From positions 1,118,001-1,182,000 of the forward strand of contig MU053933.1 of NCBI GenBank assembly GCA_013239625.1: a DNA stretch of 64,000 nucleotides, written 5' to 3'. The notes under the pieces were generated by a model. That model was not told where the DNA came from, ran no database searches, and worked only from the letters and a program-made list of their open reading frames with translations. The position numbers were made by a program, and so were the translations under genes. The stretch is from Lama guanicoe (taxonomy: Eukaryota). This document shows, one piece after another, positions 9,300 to 22,779 of the stretch (position 1 is the first letter of the stretch; each line of letters starts with the position of its first letter).

Positions 9300-12200
9300 C
9301 GCCGGCCCGCAGGCGCCGCGGCCACCGCCCCGCCGCCGCCGCCCGGGTCTCCGCGGGCCGCCGCCGCCTGGGAGGGCCGCGCCGGACCCGCCGCCCAGGG
9401 CAGGTGAGCTGGTGAATTCTTCTGGAGCATAAGGTCTCTCATACTGCAGTACAAGGGTCTGCTGGTTGCAGACAAGAGCCACCAGCATGTTTCAAAGCCA
9501 ATTCTGTCCCCCACCTCACTCAAGAATGGCACTGCTGTGGCACTGACATGTTCCAAGCGAAGGGTGGCCGAGGCCCTGGACGCGGGGCGGGCGGCGGGGC
9601 GACCATGCGCCTCTCAGTCTGCGAGGGTCCCGCTTTCCCGGTGCGGCCAGTGGGGTCGGGGGTCCGGGAGGGGCCGGGGTGTGCTTGCCTTCTGCCCGAG
9701 GGCCGGGGTGCCGGGTTTCTGGAATTCGTTACGAATGCGCCGCGGATAATAAACGGCTAATTTGAACTCGATGACTGGACGTGTTGGGCACGGGCCGGCC
9801 GCTCTCTGGAATTCACATTCCTTTAGAAAGAAATCGTGACTCACTTCAGAAAAATCAGGAAGAGTTGAGTCTGCTTTATTTCAGCGCAGTGGCTGTTGAA
9901 ATGTCCTGTTTTATTGGTGGCTCTGAGGCTCAGCCAGTTAGGTTCTCCTTTGTGCTGTGTGACTCCCCACCTGCGTCTGACCTGTGCTGCGGGAACCAGG
10001 GTCCGAGGGGCTGGGAGCAGAATTAAGATGCTTGGTTGAGGCAGGCGGAGGATACCTGTGCGCAGGAAAATGTGCGTTTGGTAAATTTGATCGCGTGCTG
10101 GCAACCATCCAGGATATAATTGCCGTATGAAACGGGCTATAATTAATGACTTAGAGCCTAAGACTCAGCTTCACTGGTTTTTTCTTAGGAATGAGTACTT
10201 GCCACTTCAGGGTAAACGAAACCTTCAACTTTCGTTGGGTATAACTGATTTTTTTCCTGACATATTGAAAAATGACATATTTATATAACACATAGCATTT
10301 TATATAACACATTGTAAGTGTCATGTGAAACAGTGGAGGTGAGATGTGGCCATTCTGCTAGTACAGGTATTGGTGATGCTCCCAATCCAATTGTACGTTG
10401 ATTTGGAAGATGGCATACTGATGCAGATCTGCCTTTCACATTTTTTTTTCTTTTAGTTTACAGAGAGTGGATCCTTCTGTTATAATATTTGGTTGAATCT
10501 ACGATGTACCATTGTGTAATACTGACTGACACGGTGCTTTCTGAACGCACCAGTGGAAGGACTTACTACTTCAGAGATTTACAAGTGGGAATTAGAATGG
10601 ATGAAATATAGTTGGTGAAATATGACTTGAAAGATTAACATTCTGTGCTGATGATTTCAGTTTCAGCCGGTTGCATGGTTAATGGTAGTGGATTCCAACG
10701 CATTTGTTGGGTTCCTGTCCCCAAGGGCACATACATTTACACTCTTGTATCTCTGTTGTAACTTCAGAAAAGTACTACTTAAGAATAGTGAAAGGAACTG
10801 TGTAAATAGTAACGGTCTAGTTATAACTGTCACTTTTGTTGCAGACTAATTGAAAGTGTTTAAAAGAAAACCTTGAAACCACTAGAGTGAAGCAAAGCGT
10901 CTGCCCCTGGGCGTTTCCCTGTGCTCTCCTGGCCTCCAGACTCTTCACTGCAGCTGTTTTAGAAAAAGTAAAATGGGATCAAGAAGAGAACCTGTTATAC
11001 TCAACTTTCGTTATCAAAATATTGAACCAAATTGGTGATAAATTTCCTTAAATGCCACCTTATTGGCTCCCTTAGTAACAGACTGAACACAGGCTCAGCC
11101 ATCTCTTTCTGGGTGCTGATGGGTGTCACTGACAGTGTGCGATTGCTGTGGTAGTGCTGTGAAGACACCTGTGGGTTCTGTTGGTGAAGAAGTCACAGCT
11201 ACTATTAACACTCCGGGATTTTGTGTCTGCCTTCATAATTGAATGAGTGCTGAATGTCAGCCAGCTGTTATTGCAAATAAAGACGTGATTTTTCTTTCTT
11301 ATTCAGGTTCACAGAGAGCAAGTTAAGAACCTCTGCACTCAGTTTACTCTCAGCCCATCCCTTAGTAGGAATATGTATGTGCCTCTTTTTTCCTTCCTCA
11401 AATAGTTGTACTGATAGCAAAGGTGATGAGGAAATAAAAACAGTGCAGAGAAGGGAGCTCAGAGCTTGCAGTCTGGCGTATAGTGGGGTGAGGCCGTGTG
11501 GGGATGCTGTTGACCCCAGTGTGACGACTCGCGGCTGTGATGGCCCTGTCTTGTACATGCTGTTTAGGAAGACATGGGAAGGGAAATACAGTATAGAAGA
11601 GGTTCCATTTGGAAATTGTTAGAATCTACATTCAAGGGCCTAGAGGCATGGTTACTTGGTTGGAGAGGCCTGGCTGCACGGGCTTCAGGGAGGCCACACC
11701 AGCCAAGCTGCCCTGCAAGCAGCGTGGAGGGGGTACCTCGGCCTGAGCCGCTCCTGGGGTCAAGATGGCAGTCCCACCCGCCAAGTCACTTTCTGGCAGG
11801 TTCGCTCACAGAGGGCCGAGTGCTGATGCGGCAAACATGCTGTCCAATGGGGGCTTCAGCCCCCTCTGAGGAAGCATCATGGTTCTGAGGATGCCCCCCG
11901 GGGACCCGGAAGGGGACAGAGCAGCTGCCCGACTCCATCTAGGATTCCTTGGGGAAAAGGTCCTCAGGATTTGTCAAAATTCTGAAAAGTCCTGCTCTCT
12001 CAGGTTGCGAGACTGAGGGCCTGTGTGTTAGTAAAACTGTTGGAGCCACTTTATTGCCTTGAGTCTTTCTTGAAGTGACAGGAGGTGCTCGCCCTGCAGG
12101 TCCAGACACCAGGCCTTGCCCTCCCTCCCCAGCTGCTCCATATGGACTCGTGGGGAGATTATTTCTGCTCAGGGTGACGCCCCACCCCCGTCTCCCAAAA

Positions 12201-12906
12201 GGTGCACGTTACTTGGTGCAGCCTCTGGCCCCGCAGAGCCTCATGGTGTGAGGCCGGGGCGCCTTGTAGGAAATTCAGCTTTCACTGTTTGCGTCGTCAG
12301 GCCCCAGGGTGGCAGGGAGCAGGCTGACTCCAGGGCCAGGGGTTTGGGGTCACACCGGAAGAAGGAAAAAAGGAATCACATGGGATGCAGGGGCCACCCC
12401 AGTGCAGGGCCCTGGGTGGATGGACCCACGGCGTGGGCCCCGCCAGGATCCACTGCCCTCCTGCTCTGCCCACCGCATCCTTGGCCTGTTTTCCCAGTGC
12501 ACCCCGGGGAGAGAGGGACAAAGCTCTTTCCTTTCGTGTCTCCTGGGGGCTGACCTGTGGGCCAGGGGCTCCAGGTCCCCCTTTCAGCAGGGTCTGCAGT
12601 GCGGTGGGGTCACTCAGAGGGGCCAGAGATTGGGAGGAACTGTGATTGCAGTTTCCTGAACAGTCTGATCAGACTTGAAAAAACCCTGCCTTAATGAGAG
12701 CTTGGTAAGCCCTCAGTACATGTCATACGTCGTCTGAGACGTTTTATCAGGGCTTGTATTTTTATTGAATTAAAGTCAGGAGTTTAACTGTGCATTATTC
12801 TAAATTCAGTTATGTGTTTATGTATACTTTTTTGGGAAAAATAAAAACCCAAACATTTATTTCAGCAGAGTTTATTGCAGCGTAAAACACCCTGTGGTCC
12901 CCTGGG

Positions 12907-13117
12907 CAGGGTCCAGAGCTGTGGCCCCGCTGGCATTTGGGGCTGGGCGCCTCGTGCTGTGGAGACTGTCCTGTGCGCTGTAGGATTCAGCAACGTTCCT
13001 GGTCCCTCCCTGCTAGGTGCCAGTGGGACCCCACCCCCAGTTGTAACAACCGAACTGTGTTCAGATGTTGCCAAAAGTTCCCCAGGGGACAGAAATCCCC
13101 CAGGTTGCGAAGTACTG
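12907..13117 (-). mobile_element. MER20 (hAT-Charlie)
   Basis: Near full length. Matches the reverse of CAGTGGTTCTCAACC...GGTTGTCACAACTGGGGG...CCTACAATGCACAGGACAG. Confidence 0.75.
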
Positions 13118-13305
13118 ATCCAGGACAGCGTTTCCCACAACGCGTCACGTGGAGCCGACCTTAGTGGGAAATGCATGCATTTTGACATAAAAGTCAATTA
13201 AGCTGTTTGGTGTCAGTGTTACCACATATGTTTCATGTATTTACATAATCCACGTTTCTCATTTTAAACACTTACCTCAGGTCTCACGCGGTTTGGTGGT
13301 TCTGG

Positions 13306-13408
13306 GGTGTGTGTGTATCTGCGTATGTACGTGCGTGTGTGCATGTATGTGTGAATGTGTTTGTGTGCGTGTGCGTGTGTGTATGTGTGTGCACACACGC
13401 GTGCGTGC
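13306..13408. repeat. Degenerate (TG)n/(TGCG)n microsatellite
   Basis: Seen directly. Confidence 0.9.
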
Positions 13409-15386
13409 TTTACAGCCCGACCTGATGTTGCAGACCCCTTGGAGCACTTAGGCGCTGATATTTCCCGTGTTTATTTGATCATCTCGGGCCTCCCAAGCTT
13501 AGTGCCGGCCAGGGCAGGTCGGGGTAGTGCTGCCAGGCCCGTTTCTGCGGGGCTCCCTCCTTCCCCGGGGAAAGGCTGCCCCGGGAGGGTCCTTACACTG
13601 AAGGACTGTGCTCCTGCTTTTCCTAAGACGTGTCCACTGCCCTTTAGCAGCAAGTATGATGGAAGTTTTGAATGTCAGTGTTTAATGTTGCCAATGATAG
13701 TCATGGTCTTAAAATCAAAGCTGTGATGTGAATTTTAAATTCTGCCAGCTGTGATAGACCAGCCCATTACTAAAATGGATTCTGAGACCATTAAACAACT
13801 TTGTTGTTAGAATTTTGCTGTGTCTCTGGTGGACACGTATGGACCTTTGGCTCAGAAATACGTTTTGGGGATAGATTTTGTTTACCAGGATTTAACGTCT
13901 GTGATTTTATTTGAACATTAAACTTCAAGTGGTACTTCCCCAAACCTTATTTGAAAAGTAAAGTGATTTCTGGACAGATGTATTCCTCAGAATGAGTTAC
14001 TGACCGAGCACCTCCCCTGGATGGGACAGGAAGCCAGGAGATGGGACAGGCAGGCAGGTGGCTGGTGTTTCCAGGCTGCAGTCATCTAAGCCTTCCTACA
14101 CACAGAACGACAATTTACTGAGCCTTAGTGCTGAACAGTTAGTGTCCTGCAAGGTGTCTTGGAAAAGATCTCTTTTTTTGAATATAGAATTTTGACAGTT
14201 GGATTCCTTGACAGCTTTCTTAGTTTTATTAACATTCAGGTTTAGTTTAGAAAAGGATCATCAATTAAATGTTCTGGGAAAGATTAGTAATTCTGCTCAA
14301 AAATCTAGAGAGAGAGTTTGCCCTGTCTCGTGACTTGCTGTTGTCCTGAGTCCTCTTCTGGCTTCATAGCTGCCTCTCACAGCCACTAAAACTGACATTG
14401 CCTGAGTTTCCTGCATTTCTCTGCTCGTGGACTTGGGCTCAGTAGCTACAGCACCTTTGAGAGTGGCTGGGGAGCCGCTTTGGCTGGGGCGCGGGGCGGC
14501 CCGAGATGGAGGGGCTGCCGGGGCTCGGCACGTGCGCGGGGACTGAAAGCTGAGCTGGAGGGCGCCTGTCAGTGGGGTTGTGTCTTCCAAGTGCAACAGG
14601 TCTCCTTGGACAGCTGGCCATCAGGCCCGGGGTTGGCAAGCGACAGGCCAGGGGCCCGGGTCCCACTGTGGCCAGTTTTCCTCCAGCCTGGGAGCCTTAC
14701 ACGATAGCTTTCAAAGGAGAAGGCAGATGTCGGAGAGACGGTGCAGCTGCGAAGCCACACACGTTTCCCAGCGGGCCCTTTACAGACCTGCTGCCCCCAG
14801 CTCTCAACTTGAAACTCTGTCGGTCTGGATCCAAATGGAGTCAGATGGCATAACTGCTGGGGGACCGTGAATGATAAGAGGGGAGAGATGGGACATTTTC
14901 CCTCTCCGGACTCTTAACGTCATGATGACTAGTATGTAGTGTCCTCTGTGTAAAAACTGAGCCTGGGAAAGTAGCTCTTAGGTTGTAATCAGGATCTTAA
15001 AGGAACCCATGTGAATAAATGCTAGAAACATAAGCCTAGGAATTTCCGCCTCAGTGAGTAGTTCCCATTGCCTCCGAGCCCTTTTGTTTTTCTCTGTTGT
15101 TGGCATCTGAGCACTGGGAACCCCTGCCTCCCTGACTGAGCCGTGTGTCGTGTTGAATTCTTTTCTGTGGGTGCCCCTGCCTTGCCCAGCAGCCCCTGTT
15201 CAGAGACCCCAGATGCCAGTGGGACAGCAGGAGGGCCCAGCATCTCCGGGCTGTGGGGCTCCGGGGTCAGGAGCTGGGGAGCAGGCCTGGCCGGGCTAGT
15301 CAGTGCCCAGGCTGGGGGCCGGGGTGGGGGCAGGGCTCTGGTCAGACCAGACCAGGCCACCCTCACTGGTCTTTGCTCATCAGGGC

Positions 15387-15522
15387 TTCTTTTTTTTTCT
15401 TTCTAGAATCCCTGCTTTTTCTTTTTTTTTTCTTTTTCTCTTTCTCTCTCTTTCTTTCTTTCTTTCCTTCTTTCCTTCTTTCTCTCTTTCTCTCTTTCTT
15501 TCTTCTTTCTTTCTTTCTCTTC
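15387..15522. repeat. (TTTC)n/(TC)n pyrimidine-rich repeat
   Basis: Seen directly. Confidence 0.9.
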
Positions 15523-16699
15523 AGGTCTCTCAGCATTTATTGTGTAAAAGGCATCAGAACAGGAGATGGAATAATCCTCAACTCTTTCTGAGTACTTTTC
15601 TGGGACTTGTTTCTTGTGGACCTTTCGACTGGACTGGATCGTGTTTAGTTAACTAGCCTGAGGGTGTACTTTACCTGCTATTTATTTAAATGTTGATTTT
15701 CCAGTTTCAATTTTAATGTCAGTTCAGTATTCCCTAAGTCTATAACCTATGACTGTTTTAAACTTTAAAAATCTCTCCATCTTTATGTATGTTGTTTTTC
15801 TTGTTTTTTAAAAAAATTGTTCTATGCAAATTGTGTTCCAAGTGGAGAATTCAGTTATTGAGTTTGTTTGCATGAGTGGAGTACATATTATGGAATATTC
15901 CTAGTATTTCTGCCTTCAAAGCTTAAAGAAATGCTTTTCTATGGTATTTTTTTTCATATAATAGATACTGAAAGTAGCGATTATAGTACGGACAAAACAT
16001 TTAAGGATTTTTCTCTTTATAGCTGTATTCTTGATAGAATGGCATTAAAATAATCTGAATTCTTCTCTAGACTAGTCAAAATAATCGGATGTTCAAAACC
16101 AGTTACTACAAGACGCTTTGCTCAGTTTGGTGTGGCCCCCATTAAAGGGGGCATCGTTTCTAGTTCGGTGCTGATGCACACGTGTGTGTGGGTGTGTGTT
16201 CGGTGTCATCCAGGTTACACGACACCCCCTGGGAATGGAGCATTACGGCCAGGTGAACCCCCTAGACAATAAGTTTAACCTTTAAATGCCCCGAAATTCA
16301 TCTGGAAGGTTTAATAAAATGTCCTAAAACGATCCTAGATGTGTTTGCCCTCCCAGATTGTTGTGCGCTCTCTGCCAGCACTGCGCGTGTAAAGGCAGGT
16401 CAGTCGCAGTGCCTGCTGCGAGAGAACCCAGTTCACATTTCATCGGTAGAACAAGGATTGTTCTGGAAGTGGATTGGGCTGTAGGTGTCCGCGTTGACTG
16501 TAGGCCATGCGAAGGTAACCAGTAGGAGACTGAGGGAAGGACACGTGACTCCTGGGTGCCCGGGGGGAAGCAGAGCAACGACGGACTTCGTCATTTCAAC
16601 CAAAGGGAGCTCAGGAGAAAGAAGGAAACAAGGACGCCTGATTGGTGTGTTTAAGAACCGATGACTAACGTCAGATGGTGTGAGTGAGCCCAGAGCTGA

Positions 16700-17900
16700 G
16701 AACTAGACTCAAGGTGAGAAGTGTCTGAGGAGCACATCCTCCTGCTCAAAGGTGTAGTTAGTAACCATAAGCTAATGCGTCTGTAACGTGGAGAAATATG
16801 GAGACTGATCAAAACAGAAGCTGACAGTTCTACACAGATGGGAGACTCTAATGTGAATCTTAGCAAGCCGCAAACCAAGTAGATCAAAAAGAAGAAAGGA
16901 TGTGGAACGGGTTCTCACCTGGCCCTGCTGGCATTCGGGGCCAGATGGTTCTTTGTCAGGGGGCATCCTGTGCACTGTAAGATGTCTAGCAGTGTCCCTG
17001 GCCTCTGCTCACTACATGCCAGTATCACAGAACCCCCTCCCTCACTGTGACAACCAGAAATGTGTCTGGACATTGTCAAATGTACCCTGGGGGCCAAAAT
17101 CATTTCTGGTTGAGAACCACTGACATAGAGGTTTCAAATAATATCGCTAATGGATATGTACAGAAATGCGTGCACAACAAACGACACATAGCTTCTCTTC
17201 AATTACATGGAGTGTTGAACAAAACTGGCCACATACTAGGCCACAAAGAAAGTAAGGTTTCAAAAAGTAGATACTATAGACCAGATTCTCAGACCACAGG
17301 GCAGCCTGGCTAGAGCCTCAGAGAGAAAGGAGAGCTAGAAGTACCTGCCTGAGCGTGTTAAAACCCCCTTCTTTGTATCTCTTGGGTTAGAGAGGAGATC
17401 GTTAACTACTTTGAGGCTCTCTGTTAATGAGTGACAGGACTACACAGCACAACCTACAGGGTGGGGCAAAAGCAGCTCTCACGAGAAAGGAGGTGTGTGG
17501 CCTTAAATGCATTTATTAGAGAACAAGAATAATAAGTGAATTAAGTTTTCAACTCAAGAAATGAGGAAAATAAAATTAAGGCAAATCTGTTTTTGCTTCC
17601 TGCAAATCTGATTAAGAAGAAACGAGAACACAGTATTTAAAAGGGGAGGTGACTACAGATGTGAAATTTGGCAAATGAGAACATACCAGGTACAGCTTGA
17701 CGGCAGTACATTTGAAGCGCTGCGGATGGCTTATGAAGAAGACTTAAATGACCAGAACTGACCCTGCAGGTAGGAAACTTGTACAGAGCAGCAACTTTAG
17801 ATGAAGTGGAGAAGGTAGTCAAGGTTCACCTTTTTGAAAAGGCACTGGGGCGAGTTAGATAAGCTTTCATGGAAGAGCTCATTCCTGTGTTGTACAGATT
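16700..17900 (+). mobile_element. Old L1 ORF2 remnant, interrupted by MER20
   Basis: ggccacatactaggccacaaagaaagt and ggccttaaatgcatttattaga...ttttcaactcaagaa resemble degraded L1 endonuclease-region sequence. Confidence 0.6.
16907..17122 (-). mobile_element. MER20 (hAT-Charlie)
   Basis: Ends ctggttgagaaccactg. Internal gtgacaaccagaaatgtgtctggacattgtcaaatgt. Confidence 0.8.
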
Positions 17901-17904
17901 GTAG

Positions 17905-18460
17905 CAGCCATTCATGAAGCAGTCATTGTGCTCCTGCTGTGTCCAGGCACAGGGAGGGTGCCAGGAATATGATGGTGAACGAACACAGAGCCAGCTCCTG
18001 CCTTCCTGGAAGTAGTAACAGCACAAGCTAATCGAAGGCCTGTCCCCATAAATGTAAAGTGACAACTGCAGTGAGGACTGTGGGAAGGAGGTGTGTTTTG
18101 CTCTGAGATGTGGGTCAGAGGTCAGGGCAGCCCTTCTAAGGTGGAGCTGCCCGATGGGAACCATCCAGGGGGACAGGAGTGGACAAGGGTAGGAAGAGCA
18201 TTCCAGACAGGTGGGGACGGTGTGCTCACGGGCCTTGAGGGGTTGAGGGTGCTGAAGAGCCTGGAAGGGCCCAGTGTGACTGCAGTGCAGACAGGGGTGA
18301 CCTGGGGTGGGGAGGGAGGAGAACAGGTAAGGATGCAATGGTGCTGAGCAGTCACACTGTGTTAAGATTTATGATCTGTATCTTGTAGGCAGTTGGAATC
18401 CTCTGGAGGGTTTTAAGTGGGTTTGTCACGATCAGACCTAGGTTTCCAGAAAAAACACGC
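17905..18460 (-). mobile_element. L2 fragment
   Basis: ccattcatgaagc...ccaggcacag...ggaagagcattccagacag...ggagggttttaagtgg. Confidence 0.6.
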
Positions 18461-19136
18461 CCATTTCCACAGAGGAACTGGTGGAATAAACTACGCTGAG
18501 CCCACAGTGTATGGTTCTCAGTCCACAGCTGTGGACAGGGGTGAGGGGACTACTGACCTGCTCTGCGGCATCTTTAGAACGTGGTGAGTGAGAAGAGTAA
18601 GGCTCAGAACTGTGAACAGAGAGGCGTGTGAACATCTGCTTGTGATAAAAAAGCTTAAACCCAGACTAGTTACAATGGGTTCCTTGTAGGAGAGGAGAGG
18701 AGAGACGAGGGTTATAAATTAGGTTTCTGGACCTACCTTCTATAGTTTTGATTCATGGAACTGTGTAACCGATGGATGTTTTATATAGTTTTAAATTAAA
18801 TTAAATCAAATGGTGGGGGGCAGGTGGGAGTACTACCTAAAAATTAAAAGCAAAGGGAATCAGAAGAACCTAACTGGGCATTGAGTTGGTGGCTTAACTG
18901 CACAGAGAAGAATTATTTCAAGTGACTTCAAAGCAAATTGGATTGCACATCTATTCTAGTGGGATAAATCCTAAGGAGACAGGAATTACAAAGAAATCTT
19001 AAGGTTTCTAGTCTTCATATTGTTAGTAGCAATACTCATTTTGAAACTATGTATATACATATGTATAAAATATGACAAGTTGTCATTTTACTGTTATTAG
19101 GAACAAGATTTTCAGGGTAAAAAAAAGGTATATAGT

Positions 19137-19275
19137 GGGGAGGGTGCAGCTCAGTGGTAGAGTGTGTGCTTAGCTTGCACGAGGTCCTGGGTTCAATCCC
19201 CAGTACCTCCGTTAAATAAATAAATAATTAAATAAATCTAAATTACCCCTCCTGCAAAAAAAGAAAAAAAGAGAA
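19137..19275 (+). mobile_element. tRNA-derived camelid SINE (Vic-1-like)
   Basis: ggggagggtgcagctcagtggtagagtgtgtgcttagcttgcacgaggtcctgggttcaatccccagtacctcc, then (taaa)n and an A tail. Sits within older L1-like sequence. Confidence 0.9.
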
Positions 19276-19434
19276 ACGTTATACAAATACTAATTCAAAG
19301 TAGTTAAGTAAATACCCTGTAATCCCAAATTTGAATTGGAAGTATCAGTGTTTACTTGTTTTGAAAAAGAATTTTTTGGGAAAGTATTTCCAGTCACTGT
19401 CCATTGAAAAGGCCTAGCCAGAAAGAGAAAGAAA

Positions 19435-19780
19435 AATATCATATGATAGAATCTTAAAGAACAAAACAAAACAAAAAAGAACACTATGAACTCATCTGCA
19501 AAACAGAAACAGACTCGCAGACACAGTAAACAACTGTATGGTTACTGGGGAAAGGCGGTGGGAAGGGATACATCTGGGAGTTTGAGATTTACATATGTTA
19601 GCCAGTACATATAAAATGGATTTTAAAAAAGTTTCTTCTGTGTAGCACATGGAACTGTGTTCAGTATCTTGCAAAAACCTTGAATAAAAAAGAATATGGA
19701 AACGAGTACGCGTGACTGGCACATTGTGCTGCACACCAGAAATTGACGCGTTGTAACTGACTACACTTCAATTAAAAAAA
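19435..19780 (+). mobile_element. Young L1 3' end
   Basis: gaactcatctgcaaaacagaaacagactcgcagac...actacacttcaattaaaaaaa. Possible TSD agagaaagaaa. Confidence 0.8.
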
Positions 19781-21276
19781 GAAACAGAGAAAGAAAGCGC
19801 CTGGAGACAGTGACCAGCCAGTGGCAGGAGCACACATAGCACTCAGATTGTGGCCTCTACCTATCATTTTCCATGGTCAGGAATCAACCCCCCCCCCTTG
19901 GATGAATGGCACAGACTGAGTTTGGCACAGAAAATGAACAAGGTGAGCCTGGAGTATCTCGTTTTACCTGAAAGCAAGGAAGCTTTCCAGACTTCCAGGG
20001 TGCGTCAGAAGCTGTAGGAGGTGACTGCAGGGTCTTGCATTGGAGAAAGATAGGATAACTTGGAACATCAGAACATGTATAAGTATATAAAAATGACTTA
20101 ATTTTTAAATGTTCAGACCCATGAGATCATGGTATACTAAAACCGCCTCCCTGGTCACTATCGGAGAATGCTAGGGAACGGGCATATTGCCCTGAAAATG
20201 GGTAACCAGAGGGAAGGAAGCAAGCCTTAAGAACGCCCGTCATTTGGGACTAGCAGATACTACTGTGTACAGAACGGTACACTTGCAACTGAGCGTCTCA
20301 TCTGTTCTCCGACAGCGGGCGAGCACAGGGGACGGAGTCCACCGGGTCAGCGCCGACTCCCTGCCCGGGCAGGAGAGGAGCCCCTTGGTGCAGATGTGAG
20401 CAGGTCTAGGGGACAGGGTGGGTGTTCTGGGGTATTTACTTGGTCTGGGGAGGGCAGTCCCTCCCGGGTAAGAGCAGGGCGCCCACTCTGCCTCCCCATC
20501 CTTCTCTGCCAGGTTTGCTCAGAGAGCCCGGCTGGTGAGAACCACCTCACAGCTGAGAGATGGGCGTGACTGGGGCTCTGTCCTCTTTGTCTGGGCCCCT
20601 GCAGGGCCTCTGCTGTGGGTTTTGTTGAGTTCAGCTGTTGGGGATGTGGCAGTACTGCCTGGTCGCAGTTTGACACCATAGGTGAGCAGCTGCGGCTCCT
20701 CCCGACCCTGCGTTTCAGGCCTGGTGGACTCTGAGCAGAGCCGGCAACGGCGGGCCTAGCATCAGGCCTCGTCCCAGAGGATGTGCGTCCATCAGTGCGT
20801 GGGCAGCAGTGACTCTCCAGCTTGGCCAGGAAGGGACTTGTCCACAGAGGGGAGGGTCATATCTTTTCCTTTAGTTCGGCTTTTTTTTTTTTAATGAAAG
20901 TAGTATAAAGTGTTTTCTTTTCCGTCTTGAGTGGCGGCAGACCTTCAGAGATGCACACAGTGGCTGATGGGGAGAAGCCCCCATCTCCCGTTGTGCAGCT
21001 CTGGGAAAGAAGCCTTGAGACTCAGGAGCCCTGTGCCCCCCTCATTTCCCAGGGAGATCTCGCGGCCCTGCTTGCCTTCCCTGCAAGCTGGAGCTCACAG
21101 CTCCACTGGCCGCAGGGGTGTGGCGTTACCTCTGCCCTCACCAGACACGCTCTGCTTTCTGCAGGCCCTTATCCCGTGTCTCCGCGGCCAGAAGGTATAG
21201 CTGTGAAGTCAGGGAGTCACTTTCAAAGTCTGCCTGTTGCAGAGACGTTCACTGAGAGAAGTTGGCTTTTTCGGGG

Positions 21277-21352
21277 TTTGTGTGTGTGTACGTGTGTGTG
21301 TGCACGCGTGCATGTATATGTGTATTATGTGCATGTGCGTGCGTGTGCACGT
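21277..21352. repeat. Degenerate (TG)n microsatellite
   Basis: Seen directly. Confidence 0.85.
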
Positions 21353-22320
21353 GGACTGCGGCCTGGACCTCCCCAGCAAGCCTCTTCTGCTGTTCAGTGA
21401 CTGTCCATAGGGCGGTGCTGTGGGCCGGCGGCTCCCTTCTCTACAGGCAGAGATGAGTTCAGACACGGAGCCCAGCCGTGAGCTCTCATCCCAGCAGCCA
21501 CGTGGTGGTGTCTGGGGGAGAAATGGAAAATGACCAAGGTCCCCAAGGAGAGGCAGGGGCCAAGGTGCAGAGTGAGTCCTGTGTCCAGAAAGTGCCGTGT
21601 GCACAGTGAGCCCAGGTATGAGTCTCTCCTTTAGACTCTTGGTGCTTAGACTTCACGTTGGCTGGTACTGGTCGTTGGGGATGCGGCAGGACCGGCCCTC
21701 AGCCCTGAAGGACCATGCACAGGGTGGAAGTGAACTGCTGAAGTGCTACGGGCCTGTAGGGAGCCTGTGAGGGCCCCGGGGAGATGCCTGGCCTGGGTGA
21801 GGATGCAGTTCCCAAGCTCCTAGCTCAGAGGCCAGCTTTGGGGAGGGCACCGGGGGGTGTCCCTTTGGCCATCTGCACACCCGCAGTGGGGTCAGGCTGC
21901 CGGGAAGGTGGAGGACGGAGTGGGAGGGTGAGCCTGGAGCTCACGTGGTTCCTCCCGAGATCAGGGTGCAGCGATGATGCTGGGTGGGGCTGGCGGTCAG
22001 TCAAGGCAGAGCCCATTAGGAGGGGCTCAGCGACAGGTCTGTGGACGTGTGGGGCCTCTGTCTCAAGAATGGAGTCCCAGGGGGCCGGGAGGGCAACTCT
22101 GGTGGTGACTCCACGTGACTCATCTCCCGGCCTGGCGCCCCCTGCCGCGCCCACGCCTCCCTCTCCCTCTCCCTCGACCCTCAGCTGCATCACCACAGCT
22201 CTGTTCCCAGCATCAGGGGCGCTACCTAGCTCTGCCCTCGTCCCGTGGGCCGTGCCGGGTCCTCGATCTTCCTCCCTCCGGGAGGCCTCCCGCAGCCTTG
22301 TGGCTTTACCTGACTGCCCC

Positions 22321-22715
22321 ATGTCCTGGGGCTGCTGTGACTAAGTCCTAAAAGCAGCGGCTGGATGGAAACCACACAAATGTGTCTCTCACCGCTCTGG
22401 TGGCCAGACCTGAAGTCAGGGTGCCACAGGGCCACACTGCCTCTGAAGGCTCCAGCGAAGGGTCCTTCCTGCCGCTTCCGGCTTCTGGGGCTCCGGCTGT
22501 CCCTGGCGTGTGGCACCCCTCCCGTCTCTGCCTCTGGTTCACACAGAATCACATGGCCGTCCCCTCGGTGCCCACTGAGAGCTGCTTCTCCCACCCCCAC
22601 CCCGGTTTTAAGGGCATCCCTCTCGAGAGCCTTAACGTGGTTGTGTCTGTGGAGACCCTGTTTCTCAGTAAGGTCCTGTTTGCGAGGACGGGGATGCCTT
22701 GGAGGGCACAGTTGG
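22321..22715 (-). mobile_element. MLT1 LTR
   Basis: tcctggggctgctgtgactaag...tctctcaccgctctggtggccagacctgaagtcagggtg...gaagggtccttcctgcc. Confidence 0.7.
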
Positions 22716-22779
22716 ACCTCTGCACATGCCAGCCACGCACTGATGATTACTGGGTTTGTACCTATGGGCCAAACTCACT

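Larger units (their letters stand above)
8560..9800. promoter_or_regulatory. PKNOX1: CpG island / TATA-less PKNOX1 promoter with multiple GC boxes
   Basis: Very high GC and CpG density. Several GGGCGG/CCGCCC boxes at ~8925-9075. Overlaps exon 1. Confidence 0.9.

Noticed and set aside
15253..15656. Phe/Leu/Ser-rich membrane-protein-like ORFs
   Set aside because: Translation of a (TTTC)n microsatellite.
19137..19210. tRNA-like sequence
   Set aside because: It is a SINE head with an A-rich tail, and several diverged copies occur in the window.
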